From assembly GCA_019244185.1 (NCBI GenBank), contig JAFATB010000014.1, positions 256,001 through 320,000 of the forward strand: DNA of 64,000 nt, read 5' to 3'. The translations under genes and the position numbers were made by a program. A model generated the notes under the pieces. That model saw nothing but the letters and a program-made list of their open reading frames with translations, was not told the DNA's origin and made no database searches. Shown here in pieces: positions 39,701 through 49,314 of the stretch. Position 1 is the first letter of the stretch. Each line of letters begins with the position of its first letter. Source of the DNA: Acidobacteriota bacterium (lineage in GTDB: Bacteria > Acidobacteriota > Thermoanaerobaculia > Gp7-AA8).

Positions 39701-41200
39701 ATGAAAGTCCTCGTTGCGAATCGCGGCGAGATCGCGGTGCGCGTCATCCGCGCCTGCCGCGAGCTCGGTTACCCGACCGTCGCCGTCTACTCCGAACCCG
39801 ACCGCACCGCGCTCCACGTCGTCTACGCCGATCAGGCCATGCCCATCGGTCCCGCGCCGTCGCGCGAGAGCTATCTGCGCATCGACCGCATCCTCGACGC
39901 CGCGAAGAAATCGGGCGCGGACGCGGTCCATCCCGGCTACGGCTTTCTGGCGGAGAACGCGGAGTTCGCGCGCGCGTGCCGCGACGCGGGACTCGTCTTC
40001 ATCGGACCGTCGCCCGAATCGATCGAGGCGATGGGCTCGAAGACCGAGAGCCGCCAGCGCATGCAGGCCGCGGGCGTGCCGGTCGTGCCCGGGCTCACCG
40101 AGCCGGTGAAGTCGTTCGACGAGATCGAGGCGTTCGCACGCAGCACCGGCTTTCCGATCATGATCAAGGCGTCGGCGGGCGGCGGCGGCAAAGGCTTGCG
40201 GCTCGTCGAGCGCGAGGAAGACCTGCGCTCGTCGTACGAGCGCGTCACGAGCGAAGCGGAATCGTTCTTCGGCGACGGCGCGGTCTACGCGGAGAAGTTC
40301 ATCAGCTCACCGCGCCACATCGAAGTGCAGGTCGTCGGCGACCAGCACGGCAACATCGTCCACGTCGGCGAGCGCGAATGCACGCTGCAGCGCCGCCATC
40401 AGAAAGTCGTCGAGGAATGTCCGTCCGCGGTCGTCGACGCGGAACTCCGCGAGCGTCTCGGCGCGATGGCCGTCAAAGCCGCGGCCGCGGTCAACTACTA
40501 CTCGACCGGCACGATCGAATGCCTCATGGGACCCGATCGCGAGTTCTACTTCCTCGAGATGAACACGCGTCTGCAGGTCGAGCATCCGGTGACGGAGATG
40601 GTGTGGGGCGTCGATCTCGTGAAGGAGCAGTTGCGCGTCGCGCGCGGCGAGCGGCTCTCGTTCACGCAGGACGAACTGCGGCCGCTCGGCCACGCCATCG
40701 AGTGCCGCGTCTACGCCGAGGATCCGGCGCGCAAGTTCGCGCCGTCGCCGGGGCTCATTCGGTATCTCAATCTGCCGGAAGGTCCCGGCGTGCGCAACGA
40801 CAACGGCGTCTACGCGGGCTACACGGTGCCGGTGTTCTACGACCCGATGCTCTCGAAGCTCATCGCGCACGGCAAGACGCGCGACGAGGCCATCGGCCGC
40901 ATGCGCCGCGCGCTCTCGGAGTATCGCGTCGACGGCATCATGACCACGATCCCGTTCTTCACCTTCATCATGCAGCATCCCGACTTCATCGCCGCGCGCT
41001 TCGACACCGGCTTCATCGACCGCATCCTGCCGACGATCGACTTCAGCCATCGGGCGGAAGACGACGCGCAGCTCGACGCCGCGTTCGCGGCGGCGGCCAT
41101 CGCCGCGTTCGAGGAGTCGCAGAGCGTGAAGCTGCCCGAAGACACGCCGTCCCGCTGGCGCGAGACGGGACGCGGCGACGCGTGGCGGGGGCGGCTGTGA
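39701..41200 (+). CDS. accC: Biotin carboxylase (acetyl/propionyl-CoA carboxylase)
   Basis: ANRGEIA, HPGYGFLAEN, GGGGKG, QRRHQK, EMNTRLQVEHPVTE. Confidence 0.95.
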   Translation: MKVLVANRGEIAVRVIRACRELGYPTVAVYSEPDRTALHVVYADQAMPIGPAPSRESYLRIDRILDAAKKSGADAVHPGYGFLAENAEFARACRDAGLVFIGPSPESIEAMGSKTESRQRMQAAGVPVVPGLTEPVKSFDEIEAFARSTGFPIMIKASAGGGGKGLRLVEREEDLRSSYERVTSEAESFFGDGAVYAEKFISSPRHIEVQVVGDQHGNIVHVGERECTLQRRHQKVVEECPSAVVDAELRERLGAMAVKAAAAVNYYSTGTIECLMGPDREFYFLEMNTRLQVEHPVTEMVWGVDLVKEQLRVARGERLSFTQDELRPLGHAIECRVYAEDPARKFAPSPGLIRYLNLPEGPGVRNDNGVYAGYTVPVFYDPMLSKLIAHGKTRDEAIGRMRRALSEYRVDGIMTTIPFFTFIMQHPDFIAARFDTGFIDRILPTIDFSHRAEDDAQLDAAFAAAAIAAFEESQSVKLPEDTPSRWRETGRGDAWRGRL

Positions 41201-41703
41201 AGTTCATCGTTCGTGAAGGCAGCAACGAGCGCGAAGTGGAAGTCCTCCGCCACGGCAGCGGCTATCGCGTGCGCCTCGGCGATCGCTGGCTCGACGCCGA
41301 CTTCGTGAACATCGGCGCGTCGGTGCGTTCTCTACGCCTCGAAGACGGCACCCAGGTCGCGCTCCTTCATCACAGCAGCGGTACGACGCACGAGATCTCC
41401 CTCGGCCACGGCACGGTGCAGCTCGACGTCGTCGATCCGCTCGCCGCGCGGCGCCGCGGACGCTCGGACGACATGGGCGGCGGCGGCGTGGTGAAGGCGC
41501 TCATGCCGGGCCGCGTCGTGCGCCTCTTGGTCGAGCAGGGGGCGAGCGTGCGCAAGGGCGCGGGGCTGCTGATTCTCGAAGCGATGAAGATGGAGAACGA
41601 GATTCAGGCGCCGGCGGACGGCGTCGTCGACGAGGTCTTCGTCACCGCCGGACAGACCGTCGAGAGTGGGGCAGAGCTGTTACACATCAGCGCGAACGCG
41701 TGA
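41197..41703 (+). CDS. Biotin carboxyl carrier protein
   Basis: MPGRVV..EAMKMENEI biotinylation motif; GTGA overlap with accC. Confidence 0.92.
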   Translation: MKFIVREGSNEREVEVLRHGSGYRVRLGDRWLDADFVNIGASVRSLRLEDGTQVALLHHSSGTTHEISLGHGTVQLDVVDPLAARRRGRSDDMGGGGVVKALMPGRVVRLLVEQGASVRKGAGLLILEAMKMENEIQAPADGVVDEVFVTAGQTVESGAELLHISANA

Positions 41704-41827
41704 TGGGCACGCGATCTGCTGCGCTCCGCTTACACGCTGGAGCAGGTAACGCGCTACACTCTCCGGCAGCAGCAGCGGAGCCACGACAGAAACGTCAACC
41801 CGTCCTGCCGCAGAAAGGGCACACCGA

Positions 41828-42355
41828 GTGGGTGCAAAAGTTTTTGTAGGGAATCTCGATTTCAAGACGACGCGAGACGAGGTCGAAGCGCTTTTCGCGC
41901 AGGTCGGCGCCGTGCGCGACGTCTTCCTCCCGATGGATCGGGAGACGGGCCGGCCGCGTGGCTTTGCTTTTGTCGAGTACGAGTCGGACGAACATGCAGC
42001 GCAGGCCATCGAGAAGTTCAACCAGTACGAGTTGAGCGGCCGTGCGCTGCGCGTCAATGCTGCCGAGGATCGTCCGCGCCGTGAAGGTGGCGGCGGTGGC
42101 CGGCCGGGCGGTGGTGGCGGCGGCTACGGCGGCGGCGGTGGTTACGGCGGCGGTGGCGGCTACGGTGGTGGTGGTGGCGGCTACGGCGGTGGTGGCTACG
42201 GCGGCGGCGGATATGGCGGCGGTGGCTACGGTGGTGGCGGCGGCGGCGACCGCTTCGGCGGTGGTGGCGGCGGCGGTGGCGATCGCTTCGGCGGCGGCGG
42301 CGGAAAGTCGAAAGGCAGCCGTCGCAACATCCGCGCGAAGAAACGCGGCCTCTGA
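41828..42355 (+). CDS. RRM RNA-binding protein with Gly/Tyr-rich tail
   Basis: RNP2 VFVGNL, RNP1 RGFAFVEY; (GGGGY)n tail. Confidence 0.95.
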   Translation: MGAKVFVGNLDFKTTRDEVEALFAQVGAVRDVFLPMDRETGRPRGFAFVEYESDEHAAQAIEKFNQYELSGRALRVNAAEDRPRREGGGGGRPGGGGGGYGGGGGYGGGGGYGGGGGGYGGGGYGGGGYGGGGYGGGGGGDRFGGGGGGGGDRFGGGGGKSKGSRRNIRAKKRGL

Positions 42356-42407
42356 GCTGCGCCGATCGCGCGGCCTCTGCGCCGCGCCATCTACGACGGA
42401 CATTCTC

Positions 42408-42443
42408 TTCGGGGTTGTGAGGCCGCAAGCCTCCAACCCCGAA
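42408..42443 (+). terminator. Stem-loop after the RRM gene
   Basis: ttcggggttg..gaggc-cgcaa-gcctc-caaccccgaa; no U-tract. Confidence 0.55.
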
Positions 42444-42459
42444 ACTCTATAATTCCACC

Positions 42460-45312
42460 ATGTCCGCCAATCGGCCCCTCGGTCCCTATCGCATCGGTGA
42501 ACGCCTCGGCACGTCGGTCTGGCTCGCCGAAGACACGCGCAACGGCAATCGCGTCGCCATCAAGCTCCTCAGCAAACAACTGCCGAAGGACGATCGCCGT
42601 GACGGACTGATCCGCGACGTGCGCGTGGCGGCGGCGCTCTACCACACGTTCCTCGTTCCCATCGTCGACATCACCGCCATCGACGACAACCTGATCATGG
42701 TGATGGACGTCGTGCCCGCGCAGCCGATCGCGACGCGCCTGCACGGCAGCGCCGCCGAGCGCGCGGACGTCTACCGCATCGCCTACCAGCTCGCGTCCGT
42801 CGTGAAGTACCTGCACATGAAGGGACTGCTGCACGGCAACATCAACGCGGACTCCGTGTTGGTGACCGCCGAGGGACAGGTGAAGCTCGCCGGCCTCAAT
42901 CTCGGCAACCTGCTGCGCCGCGAGCGCACGTCGATGTCGTATCAGCAGAAGGGGAGCGATCCGCGCTTCGTCGCGTACATGGCGCCCGAGCAGATCGCGC
43001 ACAACGCCATCGACGAGCGCACCGACGTCTTCTCGATGGGCGTCATCCTCTACGAGCTCGCCACGGGACGCATTCCGTTCAGCGGCAACAGCGCGCCCGA
43101 CATCGCGCGCGCGATCGTCGAAGGACAGCCGGCGTCGCCGCGCGCGATCAATCCGAACGTCGACAACGGCGTCGTGAGCCTCATCGGCGGCTGCATCTAC
43201 CGCGACGCCTTCAAGCGCTTCAAGGACGCGCGCGCCGTCGTCGAGGCGATCGAGAAACTCGATTCGTCCGCCGTCGAGTTCGCGCAGCAGCTCGAGAAGA
43301 AAGTCATCACGGCGTCAAATCCGAACGTGCAGCATCGCGCGTCGATCCTCTTTCTCGCCGAAGTCGCGGGTTACGAGGAGCTCGCCGCGCACGATCCGGA
43401 CGCCGCGACGAAGGCGAGCGCGAAGATGCAGCAGGTCCTCGGCGAAGCCGTGTATCTGTTCGACGGCAAGGTCGTCGACCCGTTCAGCGCGCGGCTCGTC
43501 GCGGAGCTGCCGTCGGTCGACGCGGCGCTCGAGGCGGGACGCAAAGGGGAGTTCGATTTCCAGCCCGCGCAGCAGGAAGGCGATGTGCTGCAGGTGCACA
43601 TGCTGCTGCACGCGGGCGAGGTGACGATGGTCGACGGCTCGGCCACCGGTCCCGCGATCGCGCGCGGCGCGGAGACGCTCGCGCAGCTGCCGCCGAACAC
43701 GCTCTTCGTCTCCGAGGAGTTCGTGAAGCTCGGACGAGGCAGCGTGCGCCTTCGCGACGCGGGCGCGCGCGGCGGCATGAAGCTCTACACGATCGTGCCG
43801 GCGGAAGCGGCGCCGGCGGAGCAGGAGACCGAGCTCACGCCGCAGGCCGACGAGACGGAGCTCGAAGCCGCGGCCGAGCAGGCGCGCGCGCTGCGCGCAA
43901 AGCAGCGCATGCCGATGATCGTCTCGGCCGCGGCGGCTGTGCTGCTGCTCGTGATCGCGGCGGCGGTGGGCGTGATGTGGAAGCGTCGCGCGAACGAGAA
44001 CGCGACGCCTGTCGCGCAGGCCGCGCCGCAGCCGCAACAGCCGACGGCCGCGCATCCGCGCGCGGTGTTCCTTGCGCCGTTCGCGGTCGACGGCGCCGAT
44101 CCCGCGCTTGCCGAACGCGCCGACACGATCCGCCTCGGCGCGATCGAAGTCCTGCGCAGCTATCCCGAACTGCGCGTCCTCGATGCGCAGGCGCCCGACG
44201 CCGCCGTCTTCACCGCGCGGCTCGTGCCTGGCGCCGCCGGTCCCACGCTCGTGCCGCTCGCGGGGCCGAAAGCCGCGCCGCCGGTGCTCGTCTCCGACGC
44301 CGCGAGCGGCATCTCGTCGATGGTGCAGTGGGTCGCGCACGAGACGAAAGCGCGGCCGCGGACGTACGCGGTCGCCGGCGCATTGAACGCGTTCGCCGAT
44401 GCGGTCGTCGCCAAGTCGCACAACGATGCGGGACGCGCCGACCTCTCGTTGCGCGCGGCGATGACCTCCGATCCGACGTTCGTGCCCGCGCAGGTGCTGG
44501 CCATGCAGTTCTTCGCGTCGCGCGGCGATGAGGCGGCGTCCGTCGCGGCGGCGCGGCAGGTGGTCGCGCTCGAGCCGGCGAATCTCGACGCCGCGCGCCG
44601 CGTCGCGCGCGCGAGCCTCGGCGCGGGCGATCTGCAGCAGGCGTTCGCGATGTACGACATCGTGCTGCGCAACGCGCCGGACGATGCCGAGGCGCTCAAT
44701 CTCGTGGCGCGCTACTCGGGCGCCTCGAACGATGCCGCGCGCTTCAACGGCGCGGTCGCGCGGTTGCGGCACGTCTCACCGACGCAGGTGGCCGCATACG
44801 CCCCCGATCTCCTCGCGAACGCGGGTCGCCTCGGCGTCGCCGCCGATCGGTACTACGACCTCACCGAGAACGGCCGCGGCCCCGCGCTGTCGCTCAAGCT
44901 CGGACGCTTGTCGGTGTTGCGTCACGCGATGCCGCTCGCCGAAGACGAGGTGCAGCGGCTCTCGCAGTCCGATCCGCTGTACGGCTATCACCTTCTCAAC
45001 GCGTACGTCGCCGCGGAGAAGCGCGATCGCGGAACCGCGGAGAAGGAGCTGCAGGCGGCGCTCAACGCGTCGACGCCGGGCGACGATTCGTGGACGTCCG
45101 CGGCGGAGATCTACGCGATTCTCAACGACACGCACAACGTGCTCACGTCGCTCGAGAAGGCCGCGCAGCGCAAAGAGCCGACCGCGGCGTACGTGCTCGC
45201 CAACCCGCTGTTCCGGTATCTCCAGAGCGAGCCGCGCTTCCAGAAACTGCGCGACACGCTGACGGCGCAGCAGGGGGAGATCCGCACCGCGCTCGCACAA
45301 GTCCGCTCGTGA
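42460..45312 (+). CDS. Membrane protein: Ser/Thr pseudokinase + degenerate class III cyclase + TM + TPR
   Basis: VAIK, YMAPEQ, DVFSMGVILYELATG retained; HGN in place of HRD and AGL in place of DFG; cyclase-like LFLAEVAGY..LHAGEV; one TM; C-terminal TPRs. Confidence 0.8.
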   Translation: MSANRPLGPYRIGERLGTSVWLAEDTRNGNRVAIKLLSKQLPKDDRRDGLIRDVRVAAALYHTFLVPIVDITAIDDNLIMVMDVVPAQPIATRLHGSAAERADVYRIAYQLASVVKYLHMKGLLHGNINADSVLVTAEGQVKLAGLNLGNLLRRERTSMSYQQKGSDPRFVAYMAPEQIAHNAIDERTDVFSMGVILYELATGRIPFSGNSAPDIARAIVEGQPASPRAINPNVDNGVVSLIGGCIYRDAFKRFKDARAVVEAIEKLDSSAVEFAQQLEKKVITASNPNVQHRASILFLAEVAGYEELAAHDPDAATKASAKMQQVLGEAVYLFDGKVVDPFSARLVAELPSVDAALEAGRKGEFDFQPAQQEGDVLQVHMLLHAGEVTMVDGSATGPAIARGAETLAQLPPNTLFVSEEFVKLGRGSVRLRDAGARGGMKLYTIVPAEAAPAEQETELTPQADETELEAAAEQARALRAKQRMPMIVSAAAAVLLLVIAAAVGVMWKRRANENATPVAQAAPQPQQPTAAHPRAVFLAPFAVDGADPALAERADTIRLGAIEVLRSYPELRVLDAQAPDAAVFTARLVPGAAGPTLVPLAGPKAAPPVLVSDAASGISSMVQWVAHETKARPRTYAVAGALNAFADAVVAKSHNDAGRADLSLRAAMTSDPTFVPAQVLAMQFFASRGDEAASVAAARQVVALEPANLDAARRVARASLGAGDLQQAFAMYDIVLRNAPDDAEALNLVARYSGASNDAARFNGAVARLRHVSPTQVAAYAPDLLANAGRLGVAADRYYDLTENGRGPALSLKLGRLSVLRHAMPLAEDEVQRLSQSDPLYGYHLLNAYVAAEKRDRGTAEKELQAALNASTPGDDSWTSAAEIYAILNDTHNVLTSLEKAAQRKEPTAAYVLANPLFRYLQSEPRFQKLRDTLTAQQGEIRTALAQVRS

Positions 45313-45328
45313 ACGTGCGATCGGAAGA

Positions 45329-45604
45329 CTAGCGCCCCTGCACGCCCATCACGCGAATCGATTCCTTGTAGTCGACGATGGCCAGCTTCGTGGCGTTGCG
45401 GAACATCTGCACGCGGAAGCGACTGTTGAGCGCGCGGCGGTAGCCGCCTTCGAGCCGCGTGGTCGAGATCGTCAGCACGTCGTCGTCCTGGCGCAGGTAG
45501 ACGAATCCACGCGTGACGAAGCTCGCCAGCGACTGTACGATCCTGTCCGGCAAGACGAAGACCCCGTTGTGGCAGACGACGTACTGCGATTCGTTCTCAT
45601 CCAT
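45329..45604 (-). CDS. Hypothetical protein
   Basis: 91-aa ORF with normal codon bias, divergent from queD. Confidence 0.6.
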   Translation of the reverse strand: MDENESQYVVCHNGVFVLPDRIVQSLASFVTRGFVYLRQDDDVLTISTTRLEGGYRRALNSRFRVQMFRNATKLAIVDYKESIRVMGVQGR

Positions 45605-45633
45605 GCAATGTGCTCTCGGCGAAAAGGTGAATC

Positions 45634-46050
45634 ATGATCGTGACCGCGCGACTGACGTTCTCGGCCGCCCATCGCTTGCACAATCCGAACCGTGATGCGG
45701 AGTGGAACCGCCGCACCTACGGGAAATGCGACAACCCGCGCGGCCACGGCCACAACTACGCGCTCGAAGTCAGCGTGCGCGGCCCGATCGATCCCGAAAC
45801 CGGCATGGTCATCGATCTCAAGACGCTGAAGGACCTGATGCGCGAGCGCGTGATCGACCGCGTCGACCATACGAATCTCAACGAGGACGTCGACTTTCTC
45901 CGCGACGTCATTCCGACCGCGGAAAACCTCGCGCGCGCCTTCTGGCAGCAGCTCGCGCCCGCGGTGTCGCCCGGGACGCTCTACGAAGTCGCGTTGCAGG
46001 AAACCGAGCGCAACTCCGTCCGCTACCGCGGCGAGGACGAGGCGTCATGA
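45634..46050 (+). CDS. queD: 6-carboxytetrahydropterin / PTPS-family synthase
   Basis: FSAAHRL, GKC.NP.GHGHNY, GMVID, PTAEN, ET. Confidence 0.9.
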   Translation: MIVTARLTFSAAHRLHNPNRDAEWNRRTYGKCDNPRGHGHNYALEVSVRGPIDPETGMVIDLKTLKDLMRERVIDRVDHTNLNEDVDFLRDVIPTAENLARAFWQQLAPAVSPGTLYEVALQETERNSVRYRGEDEAS

Positions 46051-46283
46051 ACTACGACCTCGCCATGATGGCGCTGGAAGGTCTCGCCCGCGCGCCGCTC
46101 GCCGTGCGCAGCGAAAACGGCGAGCTCGTGATCGAAGCCGAGGCGGCGTCGTTCAAGGAGCTCGCGCGCCTCTGCCTCCTCCTCGGCGGCACGAACAGTA
46201 CCGACGACGAGTTCGAGCTCTCGCCCGGCGTGCACGTGGAAGGCGATTCGCCGCGCGTGCGGCTGCGGCTGCGCGCGGAGTGA
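46047..46283 (+). CDS. Small hypothetical protein (weakly Imm32-like)
   Basis: ATGA coupling with queD; 78 aa. Confidence 0.55.
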   Translation: MNYDLAMMALEGLARAPLAVRSENGELVIEAEAASFKELARLCLLLGGTNSTDDEFELSPGVHVEGDSPRVRLRLRAE

Positions 46284-46359
46284 GACTCTGCCGGACTTCC
46301 TTTTTGGGGTAGGGAAATGATTCTTTTCTTCCTCTCTTCCATCAAAGGAGAGCAGAGGC

Positions 46360-47535
46360 ATGACCACGGCGGCGTTCGGCTTCGGCATCGGCGCAACGGG
46401 CGGCAGCGGTACACCGGTCACCGTCAAGAACCGGGATGAGTTGGCGAACGCGCTGCGGTCGAAGCTCGACGGCAAGATCATCGAGCTCGCGGCGGGCACG
46501 TACGACTTCACGGACCTGAAGAAGCAAGACCGCACCTTCACGATCAGCGGCGATCCGACCACCATCCGCGGGAGAGCCGGCGCGAGCGTGGTCGTGAAGA
46601 ACTTCCAGTTCATCGTCAACCTCGATGTGAGAAACCGCATCCTCATCGAGAACATCGCCTTCCGGTCGAACGGCACGAAGAGCGGGACGAGGGACGGCAT
46701 GGACCTCGTGGCGACGGTGCCCGGCGACAACGATCGCGCGAGCAGGGAAGTGAGCAGCATGCGCATCACCCAGTGCTCATTCGATGGCTACCTCGACATC
46801 TCCATCGATTCGCACAACATCGCCGGCCGCCCGGCCCTCCTCGTCACGGTCGATCACTGTCTCTTCTTCGACAGCCATCCGGGACAGTACGGCTTCGGGG
46901 ACACGTCCTTCAAGGATCGCGGCGCCGTCAACATCGACGTGGCCCGCAAAACCAAGAAGGCCGCTCGAAAACCGGGCAACTCGAAGTACACGGTCGCGAA
47001 CAACGTCTTCCTCGACGTCTGGCGGCGCTCGCCGCGCGTGGCCGAGAAGAACTTCGCGCACGTCTACAACAATCTGCTCTATCGGTGGGGCTTCACCGCG
47101 CCCGACTCGCCCGACCCGAAAAACAAGACGTGGCGCGGTATGGAAGTCGGCGGCGGCAACTCGGGCGGGGACAAGAAGGAACCGAACGGCACGGCCATCA
47201 TCTAGGCGAACCGCTTCATTCCGTGGGCGGACAAGGACGTGCCCGCGGTGGCGATCAAGGTGCACAAGAATTCGGCCGTCGATTTCGGAGGTCCGAAGTT
47301 TCCGAACCGGTACGACGACCCGAAAGGCGGAGCTCGATCCGAACCGAAAGAGTTCCAGGGCGGAACGTCGCTGACGGTGCAGAGTTTTTACGATGCGCCC
47401 GTGAAGATCGAGGCTCCCAAGCCGGTCGCGGCGGACAAGGTGGATTGGCTGGCACTCCTCGATGCCGCCGGCCCAGCCGCTCTGCGCGGCGCCGACGATC
47501 CGCGGGGACCGTTGCGCAAGCTGCTGGCGAAGTGA
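46360..47535 (+). pseudogene. Pectate lyase (PL1)-like beta-helix gene interrupted by an in-frame TAG at 47203-47205
   Basis: GFG.GATGG, RSPR, HVYNN PL1 motifs; the frame continues after TAG (AII*ANRF) to TGA 47535; AAGGAG RBS. Confidence 0.75.
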
Positions 47536-47557
47536 TCAGAGATCGCGCGTGGCGCGG

Positions 47558-47998
47558 CTACGACTCGTAATCCGGCGAGTACGACACGAGCTCGCTGAGG
47601 AACGTTGCCTTCGCGCGCTGGTGCGCGTCGTCGACTTCCAGCAGGTCGCGGATCGAGATCATCCCGACGAGCTTTCCGTCCTCGACGACCGGCAGATGAC
47701 GCGAGCCGATGGCGTGCATCTTCTGCAGCGCGCTGTCGACGCCGTCGTGCGGTCCGGCGACGACGAGCTCTTTGGTCATCACGATCGCGACCGGCGTGTC
47801 GTCGGGATCGAGTCCCTGCGCGACCACGCGGGCCATGATGTCGCGCTCGGAGAAGATGCCGGCCAGCGTGCCGTCGGTGACGACCGCCACCGCGCCGATG
47901 TTGCGCTCGGCCATGCGCCGCGCGGCATCGCGCACGTTGCTGCTCGGATCGATGACCGTCAGTGTCTGCCCTTCGATCAGTTCCGCGATCAGCTTCAT
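47558..47998 (-). CDS. CBS-domain pair protein
   Basis: GIFSERD, RHLPVV, GMISIRD. Confidence 0.92.
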   Translation of the reverse strand: MKLIAELIEGQTLTVIDPSSNVRDAARRMAERNIGAVAVVTDGTLAGIFSERDIMARVVAQGLDPDDTPVAIVMTKELVVAGPHDGVDSALQKMHAIGSRHLPVVEDGKLVGMISIRDLLEVDDAHQRAKATFLSELVSYSPDYES

Positions 47999-48013
47999 GA
48001 GAAGCTCCTCTCG

Positions 48014-48538
48014 TCAGTACCGCAGCACGGCGTGGAACGGAGTGTCCGTCCCCATCTTCTCCCGCCCGTTGAGGAACGACAGCTCGATGACGGTCGCGGC
48101 GCCGACGAGCGTCGCATCGAAGCCGCGCACGAGGTGCGTGGCCGCTGCAAGCGTGCCGCCAGTGGCGAGGACGTCGTCGATGACGAGCACGCGGTCGCCG
48201 CTCTCGAGCGCGTCGTCGTGCACTTCGAGCGCGTCGCTGCCGTACTCGAGCACGTACTCGTGCCGGCGCGTCGACCACGGCAGCTTGCCCGGCTTGCGGA
48301 TCGGAATGAAGCCCGCGCCGAGGTTGCGCGCGACGATGCTGCCGAAGATGAAGCCGCGCGACTCGATGCCCGCCACCTGCGTCACGTTCGCATCGCGGAA
48401 CGGCTCGGCGAGCAGACGGCACGCGGTCTCGAGCGCCCGCGGCGAGCGCAGCATCGGAGTGATGTCTTTGAAGAGGATGCCCGGCTTCGGAAAATCGGGC
48501 ACGTCGCGGATGAAGTTGCGCAGGTCGTTGTCGGTCAT
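48014..48538 (-). CDS. apt: Adenine phosphoribosyltransferase
   Basis: PDFPKPGILFKDI, ESRGF, RKPGKLP, LEYG, IDDVLATGGT. Confidence 0.97.
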   Translation of the reverse strand: MTDNDLRNFIRDVPDFPKPGILFKDITPMLRSPRALETACRLLAEPFRDANVTQVAGIESRGFIFGSIVARNLGAGFIPIRKPGKLPWSTRRHEYVLEYGSDALEVHDDALESGDRVLVIDDVLATGGTLAAATHLVRGFDATLVGAATVIELSFLNGREKMGTDTPFHAVLRY

Positions 48539-48813
48539 CAGAACTTCACGTCGAAGTCTCCGAGGCGTCCGGAGTACTCCTTCGATTCCTGATCGATTTT
48601 CGTGACCTCGGCGTAGCGCGGACCTTCCTTGAGCTCCTCGATCCACTCGTCGATGTCCTTCTTCTCACCTTCGACGAGCGCCTCGACCGTGCCGTCGCGC
48701 ATGTTCTGGATCCAGCCCTTGAGGTTCATGCGGCGCGCGACACGCGTGGCGAAGAAACGGTAGCCGACTCCCTGGACCTTGCCATGGATCCGCAGGTGAC
48801 GCGTCTCTTTCAT
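48538..48813 (-). CDS. acyP: Acylphosphatase
   Basis: GKVQGVGYR, GWIQN..DGTVE. Confidence 0.96.
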   Translation of the reverse strand: MKETRHLRIHGKVQGVGYRFFATRVARRMNLKGWIQNMRDGTVEALVEGEKKDIDEWIEELKEGPRYAEVTKIDQESKEYSGRLGDFDVKF

Positions 48814-48830
48814 ATGGTGCGCGATTGTAG

Positions 48831-49304
48831 CTAACGCCGCTTGCGGGTGCTCTTCTTTTTCGGCGGCGCGGTCTTCTTCGCGGGCGCGGGCTTCGGCGCC
48901 GGCGCGAGCGGCGGCGCGGGCTGCGTGATCGTGACGACTTTCGGCGGCGCGTTCTTCACGTCGAGCACCGCCTTCTGCAGCTGATCGAGGAGCAGCGTCT
49001 GCTGATTCGTCTGCCGGCGCAGCTGCACGACGGCGCGCTGCAGCTCACCGCGTTCTTGCTCGCCGATCGCCACCAGTGCGACGGTGGCCGCGGCGGCGCC
49101 GTCGGTGCGCGGATACTGCTGCACGACCTTCGCGAGCGTCGCGCGCGCGTCGGCGTCTTTGCCCGCGGCCATCTCGCGCTTCGCTTGTTTGAGCAGCGCG
49201 TCCGCGCGGAGATCGTTCGGCACCGTGAGCGCGACGTAGACCGCGACGCCGCCGACGATCGACGACACGATGGCAGTGAGCCAGAGCAGCGCCCGGACTC
49301 TCAC
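48831..49304 (-). CDS. Membrane-anchored TPR/coiled-coil protein with Pro/Lys-rich tail
   Basis: N-terminal TM; VVQQYPRTDGA (BamD/CpoB-like TPR end); PAPK..KKKSTRKRR tail. Confidence 0.65.
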   Translation of the reverse strand: MRVRALLWLTAIVSSIVGGVAVYVALTVPNDLRADALLKQAKREMAAGKDADARATLAKVVQQYPRTDGAAAATVALVAIGEQERGELQRAVVQLRRQTNQQTLLLDQLQKAVLDVKNAPPKVVTITQPAPPLAPAPKPAPAKKTAPPKKKSTRKRR

Positions 49305-49314
49305 GACATCGCCT

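Noticed and set aside
42086-42303. GGC/GGT-rich tandem repeats as a possible CRISPR or VNTR
   Set aside because: They encode the Gly-rich tail of the RRM protein; there are no unique spacers.
45634-46283. queD as part of a 7-deazaguanine DNA-modification (dpd) or defence island
   Set aside because: No dpdA/tgt-like, queC, queE or folE neighbours; it looks like a stand-alone housekeeping PTPS/QueD.
47203-47205. Pyrrolysine or genetic-code reassignment of TAG
   Set aside because: TAG terminates many clear genes here (nuoH, nuoI, nuoJ, atpB, etfB) and no pyl genes are in the window.
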